Source: Amoebidium appalachense (taxonomy: Eukaryota; Protista; Ichthyosporea). Taken from it: 64,000 nt of DNA. The translations under genes were made by a program, and so were the position numbers. Positions 19,941-49,472 of this stretch are shown piece by piece. The stretch is from NCBI GenBank assembly GCA_963693365.1, contig CAVNZM010000002.1, positions 3,240,259 to 3,304,258 of the forward strand. The letters run 5' to 3'. Every line of letters begins with the position of its first letter. Position 1 is the stretch's first letter. The notes beneath the pieces were generated by a model. The model was not told the DNA's origin. It searched no databases and was given only the letters and a program-made list of their open reading frames with translations.

Positions 19941-20808
19941 AAATGGCAATTTAGTCTTTATATGGGCGGCTCTAAAATAGCTCCTTTTACAACTTTTTCA
20001 CCCTCCTTGCAAAAAAAAAACTTCACTCCCCCCCCCCCCCCCCCCTTTCCGTTGGTTTCTTTTTCCTTCTTTCCCTCGTTTTCTATTTTTCTTACCCTTT
20101 CCTTTCCTGTCATTTTTCTTTTGTTTTCTGGGTGGGGGGGGGGGGGGGGGGGGGGCATTCTACTTATAGCGCTAAATTTTCTTCCCCGGCTTTGGGCCTG
20201 GTTGCTCGTAATGCTTAAACTATAATTGAAAATGCCCTGTTTTCTCCCAAGAAAATAAACTTTTTTCTGGAAATCCCTTTCGGGTGCCTTGTTTCGATTT
20301 TTGGGCAACATGCACACAGGCAGAGAACGGGAAGGGTAAGGAAAGAAAGCACACACATGCACACAAGCAAAAAAAAAAAATGCACGTTCAGAGCAACAGA
20401 ATTGAGAAGAGTGTGCACACGCTCGCGCAAACACCTGCACACAACTTACGTGCATAACGGCACTCTTAGCGTGCAGACAGGCACACTCTCCCGGCACACA
20501 AAAACACTATGCTACGTTAACACACACGGTGAAAGATGACACATTGCATACCACACTGCCTATGCAGCTATTTTGGGAAGACATACAGTGCAGCATACAT
20601 CATTGCTCCCCCCCCCCGCCCCCCCCCCCTCTCTCATCCTTTCCGCCTGCACCAAAATACCCTAAACGAAAACCGAAGGAAATCTATGGCATCCCATCAA
20701 CTTCCCATCCGAATATCCCCCTTCTCTAGTGTTTGCTTTTCAACATGCTCAACCCCCCTTCCCCATCATCTTGCCCCACACGCCACTCGCTCCCGCACCA
20801 ACCCATCA

Positions 20809-20845
<37 letters not shown>

Positions 20846-21511
20846 CTCCCTCTACCCCCCCCCCCCCCCCCCCCACCCTGTTGGCATCCTTCGCCTCCGC
20901 CCTAGGTCCCTCCCCTTCCTTATCTCACGTTTACAGTACTTCTTCGTTTCCTAGATCCTGCCCCCCCCCCCCCCTCCCCCCCCCCCCCCCCCCCCCATCC
21001 CCAAGGCCTAACCCGCCCGGTCCCTTCCCGCCCCTCCTAACCAACCAATCGGGTATTATTCGGTGCCCATATCCTTCCCTTTTCTGCCTCCGTCTTCTCC
21101 CCCCTCCTCCTCCTCCCCCCTCCCCCCCCCCCCCTCCCCCCCCCCTTTTTCCCCCCCTACCCCCCTGCTCTTTTTTTTTCCGGTCCCTAAACCCGCTTAC
21201 CTAGGCCTACTCCTTCCGCTCCTTCTCAGTTAACATCCTTCCCCCCCCCCCCCCTCCCCCCTCGCAGCGATCATATGATCATGTTGCAGGAATATTTACG
21301 TACACTCAGATATAACTTCAATTTGGCGCACTTATAGATTTTGTGATGCGGGGAACAACCTTCGACGGAGTATTATTCTATAACGTCCGATTAGAGCTAT
21401 TGAACAGGAGCCGAGTAACCTCCTATGAACCCTAAAAGATAACATTGACATACATGGTTAGTAAAAGGGGCAAAAAGTGACCCACACCTATGCACAGACA
21501 CACTGTCCGCT

Positions 21512-22510
<999 letters not shown>

Positions 22511-22595
22511 ATGCACAAGCGCCATTTGTAGTCACGCCCGCAGACACATAGGTGCACACATGCGCGCACACTCACGTTGAACGCAGCTTCCTCTC

Positions 22596-22627
<32 letters not shown>

Positions 22628-23009
22628 TTCCTCCTCTGGGCGCACTCCCTTCCTCCCCCACAATTCCTTTTACCATCCCACAGCCATGCAAGCCGCTGCC
22701 GCGGTGGCATTTCTTTCTTTTAAACCTGTTAGACGTCCTGGTCCATCCTTCAACAGCTAGTTCAATGCTTTTTAGTCACGGTTAATCGTTTGCACTTGCG
22801 CAACGATTCAACCGGTGTCATATGCGTTCTGAAGACAGCTGGGGAGTCCAGGGCCATCTCATTCTTCGTCATCTGTGTTGACATATTGGTATGCAAGCAA
22901 AACAGCGAAAAGCCCATTTCATTTGTCACATGTCATGCAGGAATGTGTTCACAAATCTATTGCAACGAGAAAGATCGATTTACGCAAACGAAAGATACGG
23001 GGCCATGCC

Positions 23010-23041
23010 CACGGCCATCTAGAGACTCCTAGATGGCCGTG
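23010..23041. mobile_element. TIR-only micro-MITE, copy A (32 bp)
   Basis: CACGGCCATCTAG-AGACTC-CTAGATGGCCGTG, a perfect 13-bp inverted repeat with the same termini as 47064-47098; no TSD visible at this copy. Confidence 0.55.
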
Positions 23042-23122
23042 CGCTTGATTTATATATTTTCTTTATATATTCTCTTGTTGCCTTTAAGGCCTTAACTAGC
23101 ACTGCTGTCGTAGCGGGGTAAA

Positions 23123-23557
23123 ATGGTAAGTAAGTGTGCACCCCAGAATTGGTTGCATTTTCGTTGTGAGGGTTAGGCGATGTTTCATGACTACATGTGT
23201 GGTTACGAAGTCAGGGACATACATACTCCCCACGTTCCCCACTTCTCACCTCCCCTTGTTCTTCCCTTCATCTGTGCCCCCTCCCCCCCTCCCCCCCCCC
23301 CCCCCCTGTTCCCGCCCCCCCTCGTTCCCTCCTCCCCCCCGCCCCGCCCCCCCCATCCCCCCCTTACTTCCACACACCACCCTCCTCCCTTTCCTGTCTA
23401 CCCAACCCTACGTCTCCCATTCCCTTCCCACCTCCCTTTTTCTGCCCCAGTACTCGTGCTCTTGCCCATCTTTTCAACTCTCTCTAATCTACTCCTTCAC
23501 CGCCTTCTCACCGTTCGTGAGAACGTTTATTTTGCACCTTGCGTGTGTACTATGCTT

Positions 23558-23639
<82 letters not shown>

Positions 23640-23821
23640 CCTCCCTCCCTCCCTCCCTCCCTCCCTCCCTCCCTCCCTCCCTCCCTCCCTCCCTCCCTCC
23701 CTCCCTCCCTCCCTCCCTCCCTCCCTCCCTCCCTCCCTCCCTCCCTCCCTCCCTCCCTCTCTCTCCCTCTCCCTCCCTCTCTCTCTCTCTCCCTCTCTCT
23801 CTCTCTCTCCCTCTCTCTCCC

Positions 23822-23868
<47 letters not shown>

Positions 23869-23989
23869 TCTCCCCCCCCCCTCTCCCCTCCCCCCTCTCT
23901 CCCTCTCCTCCCTCCCTCCCTCCCTCCCTCCCTCCCTCCCTCTCTCCCCACCCCCTCTCCCCCCCCCCCCCCTCTCTCCCTCCCTCCCT

Positions 23990-24020
<31 letters not shown>

Positions 24021-24062
24021 CCTCCCCCCCCCCCCCCTCTCTCTTTCTCTCTCTCTCTCACT

Positions 24063-24108
<46 letters not shown>

Positions 24109-25839
24109 CTCCCCACCCCACCCTCTCTCTCTATGTCCCCTTCGCCCTCTCCCTTCTTCTCTCTCTCTCTTCCTCTCTCCCCCCTCCCCCCCTCTATATA
24201 TGTATATATGTACATACATACGATTATGTATATGTATGTATGTATCTTGTCTCTCACAGACACCCTCAGATCTCCCTCTCTCCCTCTTCTCTCTCTCTCT
24301 CTCTCTCTCCTTCCCTCTCTCTCCCTCTCTCCCTCTCTCTCTCTCTCTCTCCCCCCCCCCCCTCTCCCCCTCCCCCTCCCCCTCTCTCCCTCTCTCTCTC
24401 CCCCCCCCCCCTCTGTCTCTCCCCCTCACTCCCTCTCTCCCTCTCTCTCTCCCTCTCTCTCTCGCTTCCACTCGTTCTCCCTCCTGCCGCACCTCTCCCC
24501 GCCCTTACCCTTCCTCCCTACCTTAGCCTCACACCTTTCCAGGGGAGGTTCCCTTCCTCTTTCCCCCTGGTTTCTCCCTCCCTCTCTCATCACTCTCCCT
24601 CCTTACCTGCCTCTGCTTCCCACTTTCTTCTCCCTCCCTCCCCGTGCCTCTATATCTCCCTCCTTCCCCCTCCATCTCTGCCCTTCTCTCTATAATCACT
24701 TCCGGTTTTCCTTTGGGGTAGCTGGGAATGGTAACATCGAGTGGATCATGTTTGGTTGTTTTATGTTAAAAAGAGGGGGGGGGGGGGGGGGGGGGGGGAG
24801 AAGCAGTATATATTCGTTGCTGGATACGATTTTTACTTGCTTCAAACTCCCCCCCCCAGGGAGACAGGACAGTGATTGTGGACAATGCAGCTGCCGGTGC
24901 GCAGCAGTTTGTGGAGTTGTATTATAAGACATACGACACACAGAGACACGTGGGTACACACACACACATGCACACACATGCGCACACACACATGCACACA
25001 CATACGTGCACACATTCAGGCATGACATAAACACACGTGCACACACTCACACGTGCACAATCACACAAATACACAGACACACACACGCACACCACACAAA
25101 CACATACATTTGTGCACATACACACACATACATGCACACACGCATACGCTTGCACGTACCGACACACATGTACGCGCACGCACGTGCGGCACATATGCAA
25201 GCACACAGAAGGGAAACTGCCGACTGACGTACGCCTAAGCACACACACACACACACACACACACGTGGGCATAAATGGCATGCACACGAAAGGGCATGCA
25301 CGCTTATCCACACAGGAACATGCACACCCACACACACGGCAGTAGCCCACATGCACACACACACTGTGCAAATTTACACTGACGCATATTGATCTGCTTA
25401 CCCACACACTCCAAGCACACACATGCACACATGTACACAAACACCTACGGCACCCACCCACACATCCACACACTGCACCATCAACCCATCCACAAACAAC
25501 ACATACAATCCCCCTCTCCCCCCCCCCCCCCCCCCCCCCCCCTCCCCCCCCCCCCCCCCCCCCCCCTCTACCCTCTCCCTCCTCCCCACCACACACACAC
25601 AAGCACACACACACGTTTTTATTCCCATAGTGTACTTGCATCCGTGTTGGCTCCTTCCTACGCGTCTACTTAGTACGTGTGTTCAGCCAGCACACCTGTA
25701 TGCATTTAATTCTCATGTTTTTGGCTGCATGTCATATTGCAGTGCTTTGGGTGGATTGTGTTGGAAGCAATGATGCTTTTCGATTTCTTGTTCCAAAGAT
25801 TTAGCATTCCTCTGAGTGTGTACTTCTATGGCTTATTCG

Positions 25840-25872
<33 letters not shown>

Positions 25873-26070
25873 TTCCGTTCCCCCCTTCACTCTGCTCAGG
25901 GGTCGAAACTCAGACGCAAATGATGACTTGGGTCCTCCCTGAGGATGGGCTCTGCTTATGACGCATACTGTGCACATGGCTGATGTTGCATACTTGAATG
26001 TTTGTCTTTGCATGTGTCCTGCACCATGCTTCTCGTCGTGTATGCGTACTTCGTACCGTGTTCCGCATTC

Positions 26071-26103
<33 letters not shown>

Positions 26104-26215
26104 TTCGTCGCCTCCCTTCCATCCTATCCTACTCGCATGCGCGGATTCACTCTTCTTTGTGCACGTCTATGTCCACCCTCCTAAACGCAACTATGGTAGT
26201 TGATGCTTTCGTCCC

Positions 26216-26254
<39 letters not shown>

Positions 26255-27174
26255 ACCCCCCCCCCCCCCCCCCCCCCCCCCCACACCACCACCACCACCA
26301 TACCCCACCCCCACACCCCCCCTTTGTCTTTTGCTGATTTTTGCGTAAAAATCACGCACCACAGAAACTGGGGGCCTTCTACCGTGATCAGAGCTCAGTG
26401 CTGTGGGAGGGCAACAGCTGCACGGGCAGTCTCAATGCCATTAAAGAATTCTTCGGCAACATACCCCCTACCAGACACGTGTATCTGGCATATGACTGCC
26501 AGCCTGCAGACAGTAGGTGTCCCGGTGCTGCTTTAAGATTTGGATGTCGCTGTCTTCTCCTATCGATTCAATATATCGTGATTTGGTTTTATTTGAAATC
26601 TACACTCCCCCTCCCCTCCCCCCTCTCCCCCCCCCCCTTCCCCTCCTCCTTTATGATACATACTCTAATTTTGGACTCTTTTCTATATAAATCCGCATGG
26701 TGTTTTCCGTCGGAAATATGCACTTTCAATGTACTTTCATCCATGTACTTTCATCCATGTACTTTCAATGTACTTTCATCAATGTACTTTCATCAATGTA
26801 CTTTCATCAATGTACTTTCATCCATGTACTTTCAATGTACTTTCATCAATGTACTTTCATCAATGTACTTTCATCAATGTACTTTCATCAATGTACTTTC
26901 ATCCATGTACTTTCAATGTACTTTCATCAATGTACTTTCATCAATGTACTTTCATCAATGTACTTTCATCAATGTACTTTCATCCATGTACTTTCAATGT
27001 ACTTTCATCAATGTACTTTCATCCATGTACTTTCAATGTACTTTCATCCATGTACTTTCAATGTACTTTCATCAATGTACTTTCATCAATGTACTTTCAA
27101 TGTACTTTCATCCATGTACTTTCATCAATGTACTTTCATCCATGTACTTTTGTGCTCAGTATTACACTCTAACA

Positions 27175-27207
<33 letters not shown>

Positions 27208-27317
27208 AGGTCTGACGGGGAGACCCAACACACTGCTCCTGACCGTGTCTGGGACTGTGGCCCATGGAGACGATAAGCCCAGACAGTTTGGCCAGACATT
27301 TGTACTGGTAGGCAATT

Positions 27318-27352
<35 letters not shown>

Positions 27353-27741
27353 TTCCCCCCTCTTCCCCCCTCTTTTTTTTTTTTTGGGTGCTTTTTGTCG
27401 TCGACGGTTTGTGTTTTGTCTTTGCAACACTTTGCAGTGCTGGCACTGAAAATGGCCACCAATTGGCACAAGGCAACATTTGCGACACGGTTATATGGCG
27501 GTTTGAATTTATTCCGGGCCGGGAATCTGAGCGAAATAATTGTTTAGATCGAACCTTGGTGGCCAATCATACGATTGCAAAGGCCTAGCTTTGCTCCGAT
27601 TAGTGATCTTTTACAGTGCAAACATTGTAGTGTAGTCATCCCCCCTCCCCTCCCCCTTCACACCGGGGGCTTTCTAGAAATTCTCTGTGGCCGGGCCTCC
27701 TCCTCCCCCTCCCCCCTACCCCCACCCCCACCCCCGGTCCC

Positions 27742-27773
<32 letters not shown>

Positions 27774-28027
27774 ACCATCGCCACCACCACATTCTCTCCG
27801 GCGCTGCCGATGAGGTCTGCCGATTGTTTTGCGTTTGCCTTTGTGTGTGATTGTGTGTTTGTGTGTGTGCCTGCATGTGTGCGTGCGTTCGAGCGGGTCG
27901 GTCGGCAGGCCTGCGGGTGTGCGTGTGATCGTGTGATCGTGCGTGCGTTGCGTGCGTGCTTGTTGTCTAACCTGCCCCCCTCCCCTTTACCCCCCCCCCC
28001 CCCTCCTCCCCCTCCTCCTCCCCCCCC

Positions 28028-28104
<77 letters not shown>

Positions 28105-28169
28105 AAACACAGGTACCCGATGATGCAGGCAACAACTATGTTCTTAGCGACTGCTTCCGATTCTGCTGA
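23123..28169 (+). CDS. NXT1: NTF2-related export protein (NXT1/p15-like), 131 aa
   Basis: Exons 23123-23125 (ATG|GTAAGT), 24860-24949, 26365-26512, 27210-27307, 28113-28169 give MGDRTVIVDNAAAGAQQFVELYYKTYDTQRHKLGAFYRDQSSVLWEGNSCTGSLNAIKEFFGNIPPTRHVYLAYDCQPADSLTGRPNTLLLTVSGTVAHGDDKPRQFGQTFVLVPDDAGNNYVLSDCFRFC. NXT hallmarks FVxxYY, WxGN, DCQP and SDCFRF are present. The first exon is the least certain part. Confidence 0.9.
23559..24470. repeat. ~0.9 kb polypyrimidine low-complexity tract, (CT)n/(CCCT)n
   Basis: Seen directly; in NXT1 intron 1; source of several spurious ORFs. Confidence 0.9.
25894..26072 (+). mobile_element. Poly(C)-associated SINE-like element, copy 2 (5'-truncated)
   Basis: AGGGGTCGAAACTCAGACGC...GTTCCGCATTCAA followed by a long poly(C); in NXT1 intron 2, sense. 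Confidence 0.8.
26718..27150. repeat. Minisatellite of 14-bp (ATGTACTTTCATCA/ATGTACTTTCATCC) and 11-bp (ATGTACTTTCA) units
   Basis: About 30 tandem units in NXT1 intron 3. Confidence 0.95.
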
Positions 28170-28417
28170 GCACCCAACTTCCAATGTGCCGGAATAAGCC
28201 GCTGAGTCCATGGGTTTCCCGGTTGTCCTTCGTTGCTTTTTTTTTTTTTTTTTTTTTTTTTTTTTGTCATTTTGGAGATTAAGCCCAGAATTCTCGTTGA
28301 AGAAAGCTCTTGACTCAGAGGCAGTGTCTGTTTCAATGAGCTTTACCTGGGACTCGGTTATAGCCGATATTTTCTTAAAGGTTATTTATTATTTTTTATT
28401 TTTTTTTAATTATTTTT

Positions 28418-28449
<32 letters not shown>

Positions 28450-28753
28450 ATTTTTTTTTGAAGGGGGGGGGGGGGGGGGTTATGTATGTGTGTGTGTGGG
28501 GGGGGGGGGGGGGGGGGGGGGGGGGCTGGTTTGGTGTGGTTGGGGAGGGGGGGGGGGGGGGGGGGGGGGGAGGGGGGCAAAAAAGTTGCCAAAAAGTTTT
28601 GACACAAACACAATGACCGAATTCGCTTCATGATAGAGTGATTGTGTGAAACGAATTGCTGCAATAATGCACGAATGAAAAGCACATCGTTGAATGGTGT
28701 GCAATAAATCTTCCGTGGGTGTCTGTGATCACCCATGCATGGCCAACATATAG

Positions 28754-28814
<61 letters not shown>

Positions 28815-28870
28815 AGCCCGCCCCGCCCGCCCCGCCCCGGCTCCCCAACACACACACACACGCACGCACG

Positions 28871-28925
<55 letters not shown>

Positions 28926-30084
28926 GCCTCTGCTATTTCTGCCATAGGCCCCTCCTAATTTGTAAAGCCCCAAAGCCCGGTGAGGTCTTACCTCGGAAGG
29001 TTATTAAACCATCATATATTATCAACATACATGAAACTTTGATAAATATTATGTGAAGATCATAAGTGTGTGTACGTGTGCGTGTGCGCGTGTTACTTGT
29101 ACAATATACGAACATAGTACGTACGTGCGTGTTTGTGCGAATGCATGCCAGCACGCTCGAGTGTGTGTAGCAAAACCTCCGCTATTTTTTGATCAAAATC
29201 CGGTTTTGTTCCCGGGGGGACCGAGGGGCTTTGGGGTACCTCATGACAACGAAGGTCTTTCAATAGGCCTTTCGACTGCACTCCGGCCAGCCAGGGTGCT
29301 CTGATGCAGTCGCTGAGGTAACACACCAACACTGCAAGTATCAGTCCTGACGATACTATCATAGTACACAGCCCATGGTTTTGGCCCCAGCCTTGCTCAG
29401 AAGTGGGGTGCATGCGCACCAGGCCTCACCTCCAACCACAGCCTGTTGGCCAACAAAATTTTAACTTAAAGTTTGAAAACGGACTCTACTTGGTTGAGTA
29501 CGATGCACCAATATTCAATTGTGATGTTGGTGGTCAGGCTACGCGGTTCGGCAAAAATGCTTACCAGAAACATGGTGGTGTTTAAGGTGGGTGTCGGTGT
29601 GGTTTGGGGGATGGATGGTGATTTTTAATACTGGCCAGATACGGTATGCTGGAAATAGGGACCGATTTGCTATATTGTGTTGTATGCCAAGAGCAAGTGG
29701 TTGCACGGCTTGGTGCACGTGGGTCGATCCGTGTGTGTGCTGGCGGCACGTTAACCCTTTGATTGGAATGCATATGCTGGCCATGCATTTGTATTGGGGT
29801 GTTTGTGTGGGGTTTGCAATTGGGTTAAGCTTTCGGTGCACATGGGGCTCTCACTTTCTGTGTGCGTGTGGTAGTCTGGCTGTGATTGTTGTCGTTTCAG
29901 GTTCGGGTGGTTAGGTACCAGTGGGTCCGGAGGGTTATGTTTCGTGGGTGCCAAATTCTAGAGGAGGAAAACGTTTGTAGCTCCATCACAATTTAAACTA
30001 TGATGGCCCAGCTATAGTAGGTTCTGTGGACTTTCCGGTGGCCATGAAGCCGGTATGTAGTGTCCGGGGGTCGGGAGGGAGGGA

Positions 30085-30125
<41 letters not shown>

Positions 30126-31126
30126 AGCTTGTGCTACGGCAGCAAAAGAAACATACGAATAGAGAAATAACCGACCACGTATTTAGTTACCAGTGAGTCA
30201 CATTGTTGCACTAAAGGCCTAGGGTTGGACACCGATGGAGAAGGGGGAGAGGGAGGGGAGGGGGGATGCTACATCTAACGGGGTTAAACTAGTAGTTCGA
30301 AGCCGAGCTAGGAGGGTGGGTGTGAGCAGGCCTGCTTTTCGTGTACTCGTGAAGACACCTACATGTGTGCACAGGGGGACACGTGAGCATGGGGTGTTGA
30401 CAGACCGCAACGTGGAAAATTTTAAAACAGAGATTCGGAGAGATTGGCAAGCTTGCAATCATATGACGAGCACACACGCACACACACACACCCTTTTTTT
30501 ATCTTATTGTTATTGTTTCTTTTTCTTTTCTTTTCTTTTTTCTTTTTTTAAAAAAAGGGGGGAGGGGGGAGGGGGGGGTTGTTGAGCGGGCAGGGGGGGA
30601 AGGGGGGGGTTCAAGGTGATGACTTCAGTGTTACTTTTATTTTCTTTTATCCTGAGGGCCTTCATATGAATATAAAACAGTGTGCCTATGATTATGCATA
30701 CGAGGTGGAGACCCAAGATCCAATACGTAATTTCCATTTAGGTATTTACATGATTCAACATGAAAACAACGTGGCTTTTGAATGCACACTAGCATCCAAC
30801 AGAAAACCCGCAATGAGGGGGCAAAAAAAAAAAAAAAAAAAAAAAGGAAAATATCCCATTTTAGCTCGATGTTTAAGCCCCTGAACGGTACAGGTGGTAT
30901 CACCATCACCAGACAAACCATCACGGTTCCATACAAACCATACTAAAAGTATACTTCAAAAAAAAAAAAAAAAAAAAAAAAAAACACTATCTGGCTACAG
31001 GCAACGTGTAAACAAACGGCCAGAAAAAGGCAAGATTGATCTCTTGAGCAAACGCATAATAGACAAGACACGTGTTCCCATGTGGTGATCTTCATACAAC
31101 GAAGAAAATGGCAAGCATTCTCTTAA

Positions 31127-31168
<42 letters not shown>

Positions 31169-31450
31169 TCCCCTCCCTCCTCTCTCCCACAAGCACGCGA
31201 AACCTTCATCCACGTCCAAATGCAACCTTACGCGCATGACTACACAGGCACACAAAGACACGAATACGTGCACGGACCAGGCACACACACGTACACACAC
31301 ACATTCAAGCCCACAATACGACAGGCAATTCCGATTCGTTACGTCCAACCCCCCCCCCCCCCCCCCCCCCCTCCTCTCACCTCTCTCTCTCTCCCTCCCT
31401 CCCTCCCATCCGTTCCCTCCTCCCCCCCCCCCCTCCCCCCCCCCCCCCCT

Positions 31451-46563
<15,113 letters not shown>

Positions 46564-47063
46564 ACTCACTGTAAAAAAATACACCTACCATATAGCAAAA
46601 GCATCAGGCATGCTTACAGAAATAAATTCGAGCAAGGAAAAAAGTTGAAAAGCCTGCAATGAGGGGCCGGAACGTACTAGGCCCAAACAAAAAGAAAAAA
46701 AAACATGAATTCGCCTGTTAGTGGATGTGATCTTTGGCGGAGCCGACTCAGCCGAGTTAGAGTTATGTAGATCCATGCTGATTAGCCATATATGGTTTTG
46801 TTCTCGAAACCCAATTGGTTGCCGTTCACCCCCCCCCGCCCCCCCCCCCCCCCCCCCCCCCCACCCCCCCCAAACCAACCTCCCCCAACCTACAACCAGG
46901 GATGTACCGACTTGAGGGAACGGTTTATGCACTTTGCTGCGGACATCGTCAGGGGCCCAGCCTCACTTGACGGCCTACTGCGTTTTCCAGCGCAGCCAAT
47001 CAAATGCAGCTAGTGACTTATGTACACTGTATGCAATAAAACAACCCTAGTATAGATTATGGG

Positions 47064-47098
47064 CAAGGCCATCTAGAAACACCTTCTAGATGGCCGTG
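47064..47098. mobile_element. TIR-only micro-MITE, copy B (35 bp) with 8-bp TSD, hAT-like
   Basis: ATTATGGG [CAAGGCCATCTAGAA-ACACC-TTCTAGATGGCCGTG] ATTATGGG. Confidence 0.7.
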
Positions 47099-47099
47099 A

Positions 47100-48022
47100 T
47101 TATGGGTAAGCAGAAGCTAGCATTGGTAGCTCCGAGAGAAAGTTAAGAAAACGTATCACAATATCATACTGTGCAGCATTCATAAGGTGATCTAACACGG
47201 TCATTTTATAACGGATATACTGGGGGAGAGAAGTAGAAAAGAGAATAACAAAGCCGCCCATAACCTTCGGTTCTACCACATTAGCTAACAGGTCACACTT
47301 ATTGATAGATTTGCATCCGCGAGTAAACCGACCCCACACATATTACACATACGAGCAGGAGACACCAAAAACTGATTACAACGCCAAGACATTTCATCTT
47401 TGCATATTTATATGACACAACATCATGAATAAACGAATCTATATAGGAGCGAGATTGTCTAACCGTATCCGCCATATGCCATGGCAGACTTAAAACTATT
47501 CATAGTCACACTATGGTCCAGCCGTACCTCCGGTGGAGTCGCCAGCCACTCCGCATATCGCTCGACATTGGGCAGAGACGATGTGGAAGGGAAGAGGTAT
47601 ACGTAGAGGGGCGAGTCCGGCGGGGATGCGTGTAGCCGGAAGAGTGGATGGGTCGGGGCAATGGCGGATAGGCGGGTGATGTGCTCGTGAAATTTAAGGG
47701 CTAATTCGTGTATGCGTTGTGATGGTGGTGTGAGTGCGTATAAAGAATCGAAAAGGCGTCTAGAAATAGGTGTGGAAAGGCCAGTAAGAAACGTACAACA
47801 AGTTGTGTAGTGGAAGTCATCTAGTGATTGGAGAACATTTGCAACGGTATCAGAGGGTGCCATAGCTAATGAAGGCAACCCGTACTCAGACAAAGGGCGA
47901 ATAAAGGTGCGAAATATACTAAGACGGTTGTGTAAGTGTACAGTAGTAGAAAGATTAGCAAGATACACATCCCTAAATAAACGAAGACACCTGCCTGCAC
48001 TCTCCACCCGACGGTCGACCAT
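47100..48022 (-). mobile_element. 5'-truncated, decayed non-LTR retrotransposon (LINE) ORF2 C-terminal region
   Basis: RT-thumb-like motif RLSIFRTFIRPLSEYG, followed after stops and frameshifts by WRCNQF..CNMCG..FTRG..INKCDLL..LDHLMN, resembling a Cys-rich LINE C-terminus. Confidence 0.7.
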
Positions 48023-48044
48023 CCGTTTGAAACATATGCGTCTT

Positions 48045-49404
48045 GACTATTAGTCGTCAGTCGTAGTCACTAAAATTGTAAAGTTGTGTAGTCGTAGTCG
48101 AGTCACCGAGGGTGCCACTTTCGACTTTAGGCCCTACGACTTTGGGTAGGTGGTGGTGGTGGTGGTGATGGTGCTGGTGGTGGTGGTGGTGGGGGGGGGG
48201 GGGGGGGGGGGGGGGGAGGTATGCTCATGCATACGTGTACATGTGGGCAGTGAAATCCTGATAATGCGCCGTGTTGTGTATGTCTTGGGGTCGGCCCCTG
48301 ACGGGGGTGAGCGAGATCGATATCGATATATCCCACGGCCACACATGCATATGATAACCATACTAATTAACATCGCATATGGATTTATATGTCTGGCAGG
48401 TCTTCAACCGCACACGTTTGGGCGTTACAGTCATGGGATGCATGTGTGCGGAATTACCCACCCCAGCATGCACACTCTCACCGGTAGCATGCAGCTTGCA
48501 TGCAAGAAGCAGATATGCCACTCTAATGCTTTCCAGAATTAGCGTGCCGATATTCACAGGAGGCGTGATTGGCGCATTATGAGCGTGGCCCCCACACCGT
48601 GGGTGTATACCTAGCCCCCGAGTATCCGCTTCTTGCATCGCTGGCAAGGCGGTATTTGGCAATACCAGCGTCCTCTGGTGACAGTGAAAGACTTTTCTCC
48701 CGTGCTGGTACCGGCATAGTTAGTGAAAAGAGAACGTGGTTAACCACAGCCCGAGTGGAGCAAATTCTCTTTTGCCATGACAACCAGCACATTTTGAGTC
48801 TCTCGAGCTAGCTCCGACCACCTGAAAAACTAGCTCTGGGCAAGGAGGAGGGGGTGGTGATGGATAAGGAGGCTACTGCTGGCAAGTATGAGCATAATTT
48901 GAGGGGGGCGGGGAGGGGGGGGGGGTTGCATGGGGAAGGGGGCCGGGGGGGGGGGGGGGGGGGGTACTGTGATGTAGGACATGGTTCAGGACGGTGGTAG
49001 GCAATGGTTCTAGAGTTGTTTTCTGCATTTTTTTTTTCTTAGTGTATTCAGTATTTGTTTTTTGTTTTTTTGTTTTTTTGGGGGGGGGGGCTCGAGGGGG
49101 GCAACGATGCCAGTGGCATTCGAAATCATAGTCTTTTCTAACAATGACTTTATAGAAAAAGTAGTGACACCGTGAGTTCGCGGTGCAACCTGAATTTATC
49201 ACTTAAGGTCACCTTAAGGTAACCTTGCAAGGGTACGTGGGTCCCCCTCCCCCCCCCCCCCCCCCCATTATATGAAAGTTGTCAGTTTAGTCGTAGTCGT
49301 AGTCCTTGAGAGACCCCTGACTTTAGTCGCAGTCGTAGTCAGTGAAATCCAAAAACTTGACTAGTCAAGTCGAGTCGTAGTCGGCACGGTCCGGTACAAC
49401 CCTG
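48045..49404 (+). mobile_element. hAT DNA transposon remnant: C-terminal dimerisation-domain fragment, (TAGTCG)-type subterminal repeats, one TIR-like end
   Basis: 48620-48811 encodes YPLLASLARRYLAIPASSGDSERLFSRAG..VSEKRTWL...VEQILF (hATC motif). TAGTCGTAGTC repeats at 48050-48105 and 49287-49385. End ...GTACAACCCTG at 49404. Left TIR not found. Confidence 0.75.
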
Positions 49405-49438
49405 CCTACAACGCACTCTGAGTGCTGTATTCCCTGCG

Positions 49439-49472
<34 letters not shown>

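Noticed and set aside
25898-25955. Hammerhead ribozyme in the repeated element (GAAAC...GTC...CTGAGGA)
   Set aside because: The order would require a type II topology, but there is no stem I between GTC and CTGAGGA, stem II pairs poorly, and several copies have GCC instead of GTC.
26718-27150. CRISPR-like array or repeat protein (MYFHQCTFINVLSS)
   Set aside because: No unique spacers and no cas genes; it lies inside an NXT1 intron.
30614-30662. C/D box snoRNA (GTGATGA...CTGA)
   Set aside because: Boxes only about 30 nt apart with T-rich filler and no recognisable rRNA guide.
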